Positions 50,751 through 64,000 of a DNA stretch of 64,000 nucleotides are shown in pieces; position 1 is the stretch's first letter; each line of letters opens with the position of its first letter. Source of the DNA: Camelus ferus. Taxonomy: Eukaryota. The stretch lies in assembly GCF_009834535.1 (NCBI RefSeq), contig NC_045697.1, forward strand, positions 56,732,001-56,796,000, in the 5' to 3' direction. The position numbers and the translations under genes were made by a program. Under the pieces are notes generated by a model. That model was given only the letters and a program-made list of their open reading frames with translations. It searched no databases and was not told where the DNA came from.

Positions 50751-52787
50751 TCAAATAAAATATACTCCTCAAAGTATTCATAGGCCTTTGCAGGGCAGGA
50801 CCTGCCCACTGCTATGTCACTCAGCAAAGACCATCAAGAGTCGTCGTGCTACAAGACAGCTAGGTGGATGAGGGTCCCGTCCATAGGCACAGAGTGCAGC
50901 AGAGGTGGACTAGGTGGAGAGGAAACAATTAAAGGCAGAGCAGATGGGTTTATGGATACAAGCAAGACCGCTCTGGGCTTTGCAACAAATACTTGTCTAT
51001 GGTAAAATATGTACACATTTTTGGAGGACAAGATTTGATCCAGTATGAGAAAATGGGAAAACACAATTAGGGTATTGGTATCAATGAAACATTGTTTGTC
51101 CCAAATGCTTGTAAGGTCTTTTGATGCCCAAGTTATACTGAAATAGTTAAAAAAAAAAAAAAGTGAATCAAGATAACATAAATCTAATAATAAAATGTTT
51201 CTTAAATAACTGAGTAATTTAATCACTGTTTGGGTCCTGGTAATCACAGCTATGTATAATAGTTTTGAAATGTAATAGTGTTACCCTAGTCACACATACA
51301 CACACATGCATGCACACAAAGCAAAATACTTCTCCTTAGCCCTGTCTCTGAAATTGTTGAAAACATTTTATAATGTGAGCCAATGTAGGACTATAAATAT
51401 AAATAATAATTTAAAGTAAACTCTAAGAGTATATTTTATTATTGCAGTTTATATTATTGTGACAAGAGCTGAACCATGACACATTAAGTTTTGCTATATA
51501 TGCAAAAAATTTAAATATTTCTAACCTTCAGTGAGAATCAAGGGGAAAATGTGAGTTGTTACTTGTCAAGCAATAAGAGCCAGATGGTGGGGACTAAACA
51601 TTTACTCCTGGGTGTTCAATGTTGTATCAAGGAACAGAAAGCAAAGGCCGTGTCTCACAAAGAAAAAGCAAGGTTGAGTACATCCACAAAAGAGTAGAAT
51701 CTGCTCACTTAAGAGATCTCTTATTACACATTTGTGCTTAGTGGTACATTAAAATTTTCAGGATTAAATTAACCTCCTCGCTGAAAAGAAAAAAAATATA
51801 CACAACAAATTTGACAACAGAAATGAGCAGAAATGGTGCAGGTATCCACGGGCAAACTTCACTCAAGTGGCTTAGCTCAGCCCTTTGAAGTGACAAATTG
51901 GAATCTTCTTCAACTCACCACAAAGACAGTGTTTAGCTCAAATTATAATGTTAGTGGGATACTTACACAGAGAGGCCACGGCCTAAATTTGTAGCTTGAT
52001 ATTTTTGGACCCACTTTTATCTGATATTTTGTGAAAGGCAATCATCTTTAGTTACTCCCTTCATGTGGAAATGCTTCCTGTGCATACTGTCTGAAATGGC
52101 TTGAGACTGAGAGTCATTATCTAGTTCAATATATTATCTTCCTCTATAATTTCACTTTGTCAAAATCTAATTTGGGATTTCTCTGCCCTTATTTTTAATG
52201 ATATAAAAGTATGTAAGTATTTAGGCATTCAGAAAAATAATTTTCACACAGTGAGCTTCTGTCATTTCATTATTTTGGCTTTGTCACTCAGACAAAAGTC
52301 ACTGACTTCTACCTTCCTGAGTCGCATTGCCATCCCAGAGACCCTCTTCAAATACTCAGGGTCCTTTCCCACCATGAGATGCAAAAAAGAGTACAGGTTT
52401 TAGATCCATATTTTATCTTTCTAAGTTAGTTTGATATTTATATCCAAAGGAAGAAACTGGGCTTAGTTGAGTATTTAAATTAATAAAAAATTAGTCTGTG
52501 ACAAATTTTCTATGCATAGAAGAGGAAATAGAATTTGTTAGTTATAATCTGCACCCCCCTTCCAAGTGTGTTATTAGACAAAAGGTTTTTTATAAAGTGT
52601 TATCATCTTCATAAAGGTCATTCCCAACTTGAAGGGAGTGGTGATACCTGGTATGGTGATATACAAAAAGAGGATTTTTCTTTTCCCTCTGTGGAAGTGA
52701 CAGAGAGGCAGGTAAACCCAGGTTTCAAAAATCTGCAGGGAGCAAAGGTTGCGAATAGGAGGTGGATTTCTGTGAATGGGGAACCCA

Positions 52788-53182
52788 TGCAGTGGATGCT
52801 GTGGTGCTACCAGACCCCTGCCTGGGGACTGAGGCGCTCTTTTCCTCAGCTGCTAGGAGGCTTGGCTGCTCAGTCCTTCCTGGTCTACTGCTTCTTGCTG
52901 AAAAAAGAGCTCCTTCGCTTAAGGCTACGCGTTCCTTTAGGATGACCTAACTAGGAGTACAAAATCTCTTTCTCCTTGCTTCAATTCAGGACAACTCTAC
53001 AGGGACATCCCAGTTCAAAAAGCATTTTGGATCAGGTGAGACCTTTACTGGGGCCGAAATGCAATTCAATTTCGCTTTTTGCCCAGGTTTTTTAGTTTTG
53101 TTCAGAAAGCCCTCCCTAGTATATTTCCTGCAAAATAGTCTCCATCTCAGGGTTAGTTTTCCAGGAACCCTAACCTAGGACA
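52788..53182 (+). mobile_element. LTR16-like ERVL solo LTR
   Basis: tgcagtggatgctgtggtgc start; caattcaggacaactct; end tttcctgca...tctccatctcagggttagttttccaggaaccctaacctaggaca; 5-bp TSD accca / gccca. Confidence 0.82.
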
Positions 53183-56159
53183 GCCCAAGAGGAAGAGAAC
53201 AATTCATACCAGAGTGGCCAAAGGGAAGAGTTTGGTTTGAAAAGACTTATCAGTTTGGGTCTTGAACTAAATCATTTTGGCTACAAATCCATCCCCACTT
53301 ACCCAACAAAGTAATTAATAAAATAACACATTTTGAGTAAGCTTCTTTACCACATAAAATGCATATAATTGCTGATTCCAGTATTACTTGGAAAAAGAAA
53401 CTTGGTTTCCAAAAGATGATCGTCATATAGGCATCCATATATTTCCCAAACCAGTCTATTGCCAGATACCAGCATTAGAATTTAGCCCACGGTTTGGATG
53501 AAGTATGTAGTTAAATGCTTAAATACATTTGAAAAAGATATTCAATCATCCATTTACTAATATGATCCAGTGACTAGAAGGAAAAAGGAAATGGAGAAGT
53601 TCTTGGTCTATGAGAATTTATAATTTAGAGAGAGAAAGAAGATTTTTGCACAAAAATTACAAGACAGAAGATTGGCAAATGTTATGAAATGCAAACAACT
53701 ATGGAGTCAAAGAAAACAATGATCATCTCTTGCTTGGAAGATCACAGGTGGTCTTATGGTTTTATGAAAGTGGTAGTAGATAGGGTTGGAGAGAGAGAGA
53801 TGTCTAAATGAATGCTGGGGTAAAAGTTTCTATATTAATTTGAAATTAATTAACAAAAATATAAGAGGAGGGGAGTTGCTATGGAAGGAAAGATGATTGG
53901 TTATTAAATCTGTCATGAGAGCTGACATCAAGGATGACACTTAGAGTTGGGACAGCAGAAAATGCACTTCTTACCCTGCCACTGCAAGATGGAATAAGGC
54001 GACTGCTAGAGACCCAAATAAAATAATATTTTCCCCTTAATTTCTAAAGTTGTCACCCGCTTCTTTTTACTATTTCTAGGAACCCGTTTCTAGGCACCAA
54101 CTGATTTGTGGCTAGTCAGTGGTATAAGAGAAGCAATTACTGATGTTACTCTTTGGTCTGACTGGATGCTTTGGAAGAGGAGTCAGAGTATCAGTTCGTT
54201 GTCAAGACTTCCAAAATGTAGGCACTTTCTGTTGCTGTGTTCCTACACACTAGATCCTAAAGCAGAGGAGACAACCATCTGTTTACATCAGTGTGAGTTA
54301 AGGGGTCTTAAGCACGATCTTAGAATTGCTTTTTTTTGTTTTTGCATAGTTCAATTTTTCTCTTCTATAACTGCCTTCCCAAATACTTTGTTTCTAATTT
54401 TTATTTAAAAGTGAAATGATCATCATTTACATGAATTGTGTCTTATTTATGCTTAATTACCATTGCCATGCAATCAATATAACCTATGGTAGATTACCAT
54501 TGCTATACATTCTGCTTAATTTCAACATTATAATCTATTAGTGTGCTTTCATTTTTATGTAATTCCTTACTTATTTATTAAAGTTATTTGCCCACACACA
54601 TAGACTTGCATTTTAAATTAAGAGAAAATACAGAAATTTAATTTACAGTACATTAATACAAAAATGTGATATTGATAAAACACTTCAAGAATTAGTATAC
54701 ATCATAATTCACACATTAAATATATCAGGGCTGAATTAAAACATGCATATTCTATTCTCTTAAATGGCTCTAAAACACTGGCACAGGAATCCATCCGGAA
54801 CAAGAATAAAAGCAACTATTACAAAACTAAGAACAGTAGTAGGTTAATTGCTCACAGTAATGCCTCTTTGGAACAAGGCAATTAACTGTTGCATCCAATG
54901 AAAACTTCCATGGGAATTTAGGTAGGTAAAGTGTAATTAACTAAATTAGAAGTAATGAAAATGCTACACTTAAACTGTAGCAAGATTGTATAGAGACTTG
55001 ATATACTATAGTGGTTTGTGGTCCGTTTGAACTCCTAGATACAATTAAAAGACATTTCCTCTAAAATGATCAAGGGATTTTTATCAGGGAAAATTGCTGC
55101 TGCTTGCCAGCTCCTTCCTAATGAACTTTAAAATGCCTATATTGTACCTGTGCCAACTGGCCCTATTTTGGCTTTAGGCAGGTGGTTGATGCCATGCTCT
55201 TGTCACTGCTATGTGGATAACAGAGATGTAGTGGAAAAATCTCAATGCCCTTCTAATCAAGTCTCAGATACAAAATCTTGCAGTTAGTTAATATCAAACA
55301 TTTCCAAATAAATAACATCTAATGACTGGTAGACATGATATTAAATTATTTCCATTCATTATAATTCTAAGATTTAGTGAAATCAACATCTATTATCTAG
55401 TTATACTTCAGCTAACAACTGCAAAATTATTTCCTTTAAATTACATCCTTTTCTTATTTTTTAATGAAACCAATAATAAAAATGCATTTATTTATGCAGA
55501 TGCCATAGTATAAAAGTTGGACTCAAATTTTACTGGGGCTTTTACTGAGAGTAATTTCACTTAAACTTTTATCCATCACCTTGTTAAAAATACAGGCCAT
55601 GAAATTATTATAGGTAGAGTTATTTCAGCCATCCCAACCCTTCCCCCACCACATGTTATTAAAAATATGTACTAAAGACTAAATTTGGATGGACTAATGT
55701 TGCCTGAATTTTCAGTTATTTTCCTGAATCTCCATTGCAATCATACTAACATATCCAACCAGAGTGTATTCTTATGGGGGCTGTTTGTAGATAAATTGAA
55801 CAAAAGATCATGAATCATAATTAAAGGAATTACATTAGTTCTGCTACTTTCCTTCTTAACTAAAACAATTAATATATTTTTTGTTCAAAATATATGAAAC
55901 ATAAAGAGCAATAAAACAAATAATTAATATTATTGCTTCATCCTTAAAAATACATTTTTAATTTTCATTTTAAAGGATATTTTATTTATTGTGCATCCAG
56001 CAAATCACCATTATACTTCGGTTGTGTCAGAAATCATAAAACCTCAAAATATCACTTTTGCCTATGTGTGATAAAACTCCTCTTTAACAAGAACATTAAC
56101 TGCTCCCAGTTATTTATTTACCTGAAAATATATTTTTATAGGTGGTGGTGTTGTTAAAG

Positions 56160-56290
56160 TGTTCATTGTCTATCTCTTCCCAATTGGATGTTAAACGCTG
56201 AGATAACAGATTATGTCTTATGTTTTGCTATATTGCCTCAGTGTTTTAACAGTACCTAGAAAGTAATAAATATTTAATAAATAATACTTA
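56160..56290 (+). mobile_element. L2 3' end fragment
   Basis: ttgtctatctcttccca...gatgttaaacgctgagataacagattatgtctt...cagtgttttaacagtacctag...taataaata. Confidence 0.6.
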
Positions 56291-59200
56291 AAAGAAAAAG
56301 AGTGCTCACCCTATCATTCAAAATTATAATCTAACTTGTTAAAGATTAAAATATCAATTCATATTTCATTTCCTAATTACCATTTAGTTTTATATTTATT
56401 TTAATATATTAAAATAGTAATTATGATTTATAAAATCTTGATTTTGTTACATTAATACAAATATATTAATAGAAGTGATACAACTAGTCGAGTTTTATAT
56501 TTTTGCTAAAAGATTACTTACAGAAAGGACAAAATATTAATTGAAATTTAAAATTTGGACTAAATTCAGATTAAAAAATGGCTTTCATAGAATTATTTTA
56601 AAGCCCTTATTTGTTAATGGGAAATAATATTTAAAATCATATGTCTGTTAATAAGAATTTGTGAGTTAGATACAAATCTTCAGAGAAAGAGAACTTGCTT
56701 TTAACTAAAAGTACTAATACATGTTAATAGACTTCTCATCTTCAATATTGAAAAGTAAGAAAGAATATACAAATATTTATAAAATGTGAGCAAAATCAAC
56801 TGTGAGCCCAGATTTTTGTATCTAGCTAAATTTATGATAGAAAAGACATTTTTTGACTAGTAAAGTTTTCAGGAAGTGTCTGCCATGATGTTTTCTCAAA
56901 AGGATAGATGTATTTACCCACTGAAGTACTTCACTCAGATGAAAAAAATTGGTATTAGTTCTAAATAAATGTTGATGTAATTGTACACCTAAAACTGTGC
57001 ATATGTGTCTGTAGTCTCTGAATATTAAAAAAAAAACACCGTATCAATGTAATTACCAAAATGACTGAGAAGTAAAAAATTAAGTTAGACTCTTTGGGTC
57101 TACTAAATGCTGAGAAATTCAAAGCAACAGAAACCCAGTGACTAAGGAGGACTATTATTTCCCTCCAAAAATTATTCTCTGGCACAAAAATTCCAGCTGC
57201 TGTGGTCCTGTACTACTTAAAATGTCAGAAAAGCACATTGATGCTTCTCAAAGTACATTTCACTTCATTCTGCTTTTTGAACCTAGAAACTTGCCCCTGG
57301 AAAATTAAAGACAAGAGAAAGAATTTTTCAAATTTACTTATGCTATCCCCACCAACTCAAATATATTCCACACATTGTACAATTCAATAGGAAGCCCTAA
57401 TTTGGATCTGGCCCATTCTACTTTCTGCCCTTTGTTATTATGTAAATTCAAGGAGGCTTGTTACATAAAAGATCCCACATGTGATGCAATTTTAGTTATT
57501 CACTAATCTCTATCTGTTCTGCAATTTCTGCCTCCTTTCTACATAGTGAAAATGCGAGAAAAAGATTGTTTCTGTCCAAATGAGTTTATGCAATTATATC
57601 TACTCATCATGCTCAAAATATGTGCTATTACCATAGATAATGTTTTGTTTTTGAAATTGTTGAGCAAAGAAATAGAATATTTGAATCTTTTATGAGTCAA
57701 ACACTACCAGAAGCTTTGAAAAATTAATATAATTAAATAAACAAGTACATTAAAAATGTTCATTTTTGGTTTCAAATATAACCAACTTTAGCAGAGCCTA
57801 AATCCTAAAATAATTACTTAATCATTTACTTTGAAAATAGTCAAACTACATTTTTTTAAAAGCCAGTAGAATAACTGATTCTGTTTTCAACATGTATAGA
57901 AAAATTTAGAGGTGCTAAGATGGGCATAAAGATTTCAAGTAATTTTTGTAAGGATACAATAGTCCTGTGTCAGATCTCGAAAACATATTGCCAAACTCCA
58001 ATTTTTCTAACATATAATTCTGCACATAGCAAGTCAATAAATATTTGTTAATATGTAATTTTAAAATATGAAGCTATTAATTTAAAATTTGCAAATAAAT
58101 AAAGAATGCTAAGATTTTCTATACCGTTACTTTGTATGGGTGACATATTGAGAAATTGCTATGGTGTATTCTTCAGGTAAAAAGTATTGGCATGAAAAAA
58201 ACATGAAACTTTTTATAATGCATATAATATGGGTATACACATTTATCTCTAAAATTCCCATCACTTGGAAATGCAACACTTAAATTATTCATACCTATAA
58301 ACATTCAGAGCTTGGAGCCCTAGTGCATCATTAAGATAATAAATGACTTCTCTTTGCTATTTTAACATAACTTTAAATTCTTTTACATGTGTTGAAAGAA
58401 ATAGTTCTCATTCAGCATACATTATTAATATGAGTTTTAAAGTTTCAAAAAGCACTCCAGTTTTTTGGAATAAAATAATCATTTACATTAGTTGTCCTTT
58501 TATTCTAAAAGCAATAGACTTACTGTAGAAAGTGGCTTTTATAAAGTTTGTAGATTATTAAAAACCTGCTGAGTTGATCATTCTGATCGTGATCATGAAG
58601 CAATCATCTTAAATGTAAATTCAGCAGGGGTTATGGGAATTGCCAAGGATGACACATTAATAAAAACTTGATGCAATTTGCATTGTAAACTAATGTAAAA
58701 TGTGGCACATTTGTGTGTTTACTGCTGTGCATATTTTAAACATCCATATTCCCATAGTATATATTAAAGCTTAGAAGAAAAATTTTTGAGTATTTTATCC
58801 AAGATTATGCAATATCTAAAGAAGGTACAATGAAAATGTCAGATTTGGGATTTTTATGAAAAGAATTAAAATTACAAAAGTGGTATTTAGCTGGGCAGTT
58901 TTTACAGAGTGGATTGGAAGATGGCTAGAAATGGGATTAATTCACCTAAATGTAGTATTTGAAGCATGGGCAGATATGGGAGTTTTCAGAAAGAACTGGC
59001 TTGTAAAGGATACATATGGGTATGGAATGAAGAATAGACAGGACTTTTGGTAACTCAAAAATGAGACATAAATTTGAGATGGCTTCTGAAGTTTTATATA
59101 ACAGAGACTGTGATAATGGTGACAAAATTATAGATGGGGTCACTGATAGCAGGATTTCAGTTAAATGAGAAAATGACAGTTTTGTTTTAGACATTAATTG

Positions 59201-59374
59201 GCTATTCAGGTTTGAGCTTAACTATTTCACACAATCATAAGCAATCTTGCTCTTGCTGTTTTAGTACAGGGCATAAGGAAATTCATTTTGGAGCTCTAAA
59301 AACCAGATATGGAAAAATAACCTTGTAGAAATGTAGAATACTACATCATAATTGCTTAGATTTTTAAGTGGCTG

Positions 59375-59535
59375 TAGGAAGTATTTACTTGAGGTCTCTC
59401 ATTTAACAGAAAAATGGAAGTTCAGAGAGTTTAAGTGATGTTTCTCAAATTTACACACAGAGACATTTAAACCACTGGTACTGCAATCAAAATCTTGGGT
59501 GCTCTAAGTTCAGAGCAGTTTCTTCACTATCATGC
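59375..59535 (-). mobile_element. MIR fragment
   Basis: catttaacagaaaaatggaagttcagagagtttaagtgatgtttctcaaatttacacacag. Confidence 0.6.
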
Positions 59536-60237
59536 TGCCTTCCAGTCAATATCAGTGTAGTGTCTCTGGTTGTATTTGATTCAGTTTTAAGTATATTAGA
59601 TTTTAGAAAGCATATGGCAATAGTTATGAATAATATTCTATATCTTATAGGTTCTTTTTTTATCATAAAGCACTGAATTAGACATGTGGTATAGTTTGCT
59701 TATCAAGTTTGAAAGCAATGGATCAATGAAGCACTAGCTATATAAACATATTTGTTTTACTAATTTAGGAACAAGAACAATTTGATTTAGTAAATGTTTT
59801 TCAGTTACAAATTGTTATATCAAGTAGTCAGTTTTTCACTATTTAACTAGTTATTTTTGTAACTTGAAGGAAAGGCTGAAACCATCAGTTTTTAGTATGA
59901 TTATGAACTAGAGTATTCAGTTAATAGCATCATATTCTTCAAAAATTGGTATGGCAAAAATACATAGCATGATGGGGCAACAAAAATATGGTTTAAATAG
60001 AAAATATTTTCTTTTTTTTAACCAGGATGATCAGTGCACATCTATTAAAATCAAATCTTAATTAAGCTATTCTCTCTAGAAACTGTAGGCATACAGTAAA
60101 AATACACAACAGAAATGTTTTTTACCCCAAAGTCAGTCAGTCTTAGCTACACTATGTTAAATGTTTAATACTCCAGTATGTCACACAAAGTTATAGTAAA
60201 GTAAATGCCAATTTCTAATATGCCATGTCATCATTTG

Positions 60238-60560
60238 GTTAAAGTGTGCAGATTTTCAGTTATAGAAGATAAATTCTGGAAATCTGCTATACAGCATAGT
60301 GCGATAGCTAACAAAACTGCATTGTGTACTTACAATCTGCTAAGAAGGAAGACCTTATATTAAGTATTTACCACACACACACATTATAAGAATAAAAAGG
60401 GTAGGAGACAACTTTAAGAGGTGACGGATATGTTTATGACCTTGTTGGTGGTGATGTTCTCATGGTATATATCTATCCCCAGACTCATCGAGTTACATAC
60501 ACAAATATATACAGCTTTTTACATGTGACTCATACCTCAATAAACTAGTTTTTAGAAAAG
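60238..60560 (+). mobile_element. L1MA10/MB1-like 3'UTR fragment
   Basis: aaattctggaaatctgctatacagcatagtg...gaggtgacggatatgtttatgaccttg...cagactcatcgagttacatac...atacctcaataaa. Confidence 0.85.
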
Positions 60561-60569
60561 ATGACATAC

Positions 60570-62590
60570 GACAGATCAGTGCATGCAAATATATTTAGCA
60601 TTATTAATCGTTGGGAAAGTCAAATAAAACCACAATTAGCTATTACCTCTAAAATAATAAAATGATGAACATTAAAGAGTGACTATACCAAGTGTTGGTG
60701 AGGTTGTGGAGCATACATGGCTAGTTAGAATTAAAATACTAAAACCTTTTCCAAAAACAATTTGTCATGTTCTTATTTAAACCTACATCTACCATATGAC
60801 TCAACCATTCCACATCCAGATATCCAAGAGAGTGAAAGTATACATTTATATAATAATGTGTATATAAATGTTCAATAGCTGTTTTATTTGTAATAGACAA
60901 AAGCTGGAAGCAACCCAAATGTCCGTTGTAATAAATATGTATACTACGTGTATGTGTTTGTGTATAAAATGGAATACTTAGCATGAATAAATAGGAATGA
61001 ATTTGACACAGAGACCAAATAAATAATTGTGATGAGTGAAAGAAGCCAAACCAAAGAAGAGTTCATGCTGTATGATTCCATTTTCATGAAATTTTGGACT
61101 AGGTACACTTATCTCTAGTAATAAAAAGCAGATAGGTTGTTGTCTAGAGATTGGGGATTTGGGATAACTAAGAGGGAACGATTGCAAAGGGGTTTTAGGA
61201 TGTGTCACAATTATCAGCTTGTGTGCATTACTATGTGTAATTTCTTTATGTCACTTATACCTCAGTAGAGCTATGACAAACACTTTGAGCTACATTTAAA
61301 AAGTCATACACAAAAAGCTACTGTGTATTATTCCATTTATCTGAAATTCTAGCACAAGCAAATGGATGGTTATCTCTTGTAGGAGATGTAAGACTGGGAA
61401 TTATTGGGAAGAGGTATGAGGGAACTTTCTGGAGTGATTATGTTCTTCTATATCTTTATAGGATTTCGACTTACACAGTTCCTGCATTGGTCAGAACTCA
61501 TCTATTGATAAATTTAAGATTTGTGGGTTTTATTTATTTTTATTTTCTCTCCCCAAAAATCCCATAAACAAATAATGAACTCCAGTTTCTGGATAAGCAT
61601 GCCAAAGTGTTTAGAAGTTGTATATTGAGGTTTGTAACTTACCTTGAATGATATTAAAAATTTAAGATTGACTGATGGATGGCTATGGGGACTGACTGAT
61701 GTATAAATATGTTTTGAAGCAAATACTGTCAAATACTAATTGTAGAATCTATGTAAGGACCATGTGGGAGTTAACCGTAGAAGTTTTTTTTTTTTTTTCC
61801 TAATTTTTGGAATGTTTGAAACATTTTATTAAGAATATTCTAAAAAAGCCTCATACTGAGATGAGACTATAAAGTCACTGGATGGTCTAAAATTAAAAAT
61901 TTGGACAATCTGTGGGGCAATATGAATTCGTATAGATTGCTTTTGAGAACAGAGGTTGATACTCCAATGTTGGAAGATTCTCACATTTCCTGACAAAACT
62001 GAGCATATGCAACATGCTATGGATACAACAATTTCACCCCTAGGTGAACACATAGAAGTTCTCAAAAGTAATTAAAAGATTGTTCATAGCAACATTATTT
62101 ATAATAGCTCCCAACTTGAAACAACCTAAATTTCTGTAGATTAGATACATATATTTTAGTCTCTTCATTTAATTCACTGTTATACACCGATGGAATGGCA
62201 TGGACTATAGTTATATCAAATCAAGATGAATCCCATTAACATAATGTTGACTAAAAAGAGCCAGATATAAAACCTTAGGCAAGCATATGATTCCATTTGT
62301 AGGAAGTTGAAAATCAGGCAAAACTAATTTGTAGCTTTATAAATATAAATTAAATTTGTAGCTTTATAAATATAAATATAAATTTGTAGCTTTATAATGA
62401 GTACTTTTAGGGAGAAGTAAGGGTATAAAAATTTAGATAAAGCATGAAACATGCTTGTGGACTTTTTTTTTTTATAAATGACATTGCCAGTGGTTACACA
62501 GGTGTGTTTATTTTATGATAATTCCTTGAGATGAATTATTTTTATATATGTGATTTTGTATATGTCATACTTCAGTTAGTGATGTTAAAC
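60570..62590 (+). mobile_element. Cluster of several old L1MD/ME 3'-end fragments in tandem
   Basis: Repeated L1 3' motifs: ccaagtgttggtgaggttgtggagca, aaagctggaagcaacccaaatgtcc, atgattccattt (several), gagggaactttctggagtgat, tgttcatagcaacattatttataatagc. Confidence 0.8.
62326..62397. repeat. 27-28-bp minisatellite, about 2.6 copies (aatttgtagctttataaatataaat..)
   Basis: Three near-identical units read directly. Confidence 0.9.
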
Positions 62591-63194
62591 AACATTTGGG
62601 ATTTTATTCAACAACCAGATGGAAAACTGTTTGGAAACTGGATGGAAAACTATACTTCTAAGCATGCATTACACAAGTACATTGGATATTTGACTCGAAT
62701 ATGTCTAACAGGAGTATGCAAAATTCTTTCCTTAATATTTCACAATGATCTGGACATACATGTGAATTAGGACAATTTGGTAATAAAAGACAACAAAACA
62801 GAGGCTTATTTACTTCTCCAAAAGTCTAGGTTTGGCTGAATGTAATGGAAAAGGAAAAAGAAAGTCAGGAATGCTACTCAGAATAAGAAATGGTCAACAG
62901 GAAGGAAAAGATAAGTGCAGATGAATAGTAAAGAATTGACTCATAGCCAATCTGAGAAGGCTCTGTAACAACACATTGGAATCTACATGACTAGACCAAT
63001 AACTCAGAACAGAGGAATACACTGGAGACATGGTAGTCACACAAAGAGTGGGGTCATCCCAGGGAAGCAATGCAGTAAATTCTGCCACAAAGGAATACAG
63101 AACTATAATGATCTTTGCTGAAAAGACTTAGAGCTGTTAGAACATGCATCCATTTGAGTGTATCCTGTAATCTTGTATCAAGAGTTATGCCTAT

Positions 63195-63375
63195 GACAAT
63201 AACAATTGCTACATGTCATTTGTTTCTCAAGGTTGTCCCAAAGGTAGATTCTATTACTTCCATGTTGTGGATGTGGAAACAAAGGCTTGGAGAACTTAAG
63301 TAACACACCTAAAGTGAGGAAGCCGTTATTTCTGCGTGGGTCTATCTGATGCCAGCAACTGTGCTGTGTGCTTTC
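63195..63375 (-). mobile_element. MIR fragment
   Basis: aaggtagattctattacttccatgttgtggatgtggaaacaaaggcttggagaacttaagtaacacacctaaagt. Confidence 0.7.
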
Positions 63376-64000
63376 ACTTTTCCTACATTCTACCAAAATT
63401 TGAAAACAAAGTGTACAAAATTCTTATGTTTTGTTCCTAGTGTTTACTATGGTTGTTGGAATTTTAAGAATACACTGTGAAAAACCGATTCAGGAATTTA
63501 CTCTTTTTCAACTCGCTTGCACAAGAGAGGAAAGGGTAAGGAGCCCTCTTTTGTAACACCTTCTCATGGAAAAAAAGGTCAGTAAAAAGCAGATTGTTAC
63601 AAGAAAGAATTATTACATTTAAGCTGCCTTCCTGAGGCTTAATATATTATATTTATTTCAAAATCACCTACCTTTCTGATCATTTTCTATATTTAGACCT
63701 GACTCCATGGTTATCATTTTATAGTATTTTCTTTTTTGAAGATTCAAGGCTTTGTTTGTTTTCTTTTATGAATAATAGACATTAACATTAATGTTACACT
63801 ACTGCCATCTTGTGAGTGCTCAAGATTTCTACTACTTCTTTGGCTTTTGCCAAATTGCACAAGCAGGTAGATTGATTGTAGAGATCGACAAATTACTTTT
63901 GATGATAAAACACAAGTTGCAATTAAATAGTACTTTGCAACCAAAAGTCATACTTAATCAGAAAGGGCTTTAAATAATTTCAATATGAATTTCACATGGA

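Noticed and set aside
54843..54886. 9-bp inverted repeat gttaattgc...gcaattaac
   Set aside because: Short and AT-rich with no TSD; expected by chance or simply two homeodomain-like sites
45017..62397. Short direct repeats as a CRISPR-like array
   Set aside because: Units are head-to-tail with no unique spacers, copy numbers are 2-3, and the context is mammalian with no cas genes
666..63973. The supplied 60-145 aa ORFs as protein-coding genes
   Set aside because: Compositionally biased chance frames, many starting at non-ATG codons or lying inside repeats; no recognisable domains except L1 ORF2 remnants; no consistent multi-exon structure

Overview
AT-rich, CpG-depleted mammalian genomic DNA with no recognisable protein-coding gene. 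It is either intergenic (gene desert) or part of a very large intron. A tRNA-Ala-derived SINE of the type I recall from camelids (Vic-1-like), a young L1 with an artiodactyl/camelid-type 3' UTR, and the apparent absence of Alu, Bov-A/BovB, PRE-1 and Can-SINE point to a camelid genome (inference, no search run). Much of the window is fossil transposable elements: old L1M fragments, L2, MIR, MLT1/LTR16/MER34-like LTRs, Tigger/MER MITEs, two well-preserved solo LTRs with target-site duplications (TSDs), and a 5'-inverted (twin-primed) L1. The supplied ORFs are short chance frames or L1 ORF2 remnants. I found no evidence for a new multi-gene biological system, CRISPR array or RNA gene. The most interesting items are: a Sox-Oct composite motif apparently created by a 12-bp tandem duplication within an octamer cluster; several repeat-free, motif-dense enhancer-like islands; a segment at ~23.1 kb that reads either as a 21-nt microexon or as a very old LINE RT fossil; a twin-primed L1 with a built-in ~44-bp duplication; and a betaretrovirus-like solo LTR with Sox/ESRRB/GATA motifs. 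Repeat family names come from memory of consensus sequences and need Dfam/RepeatMasker confirmation. Boundaries of old elements are approximate.
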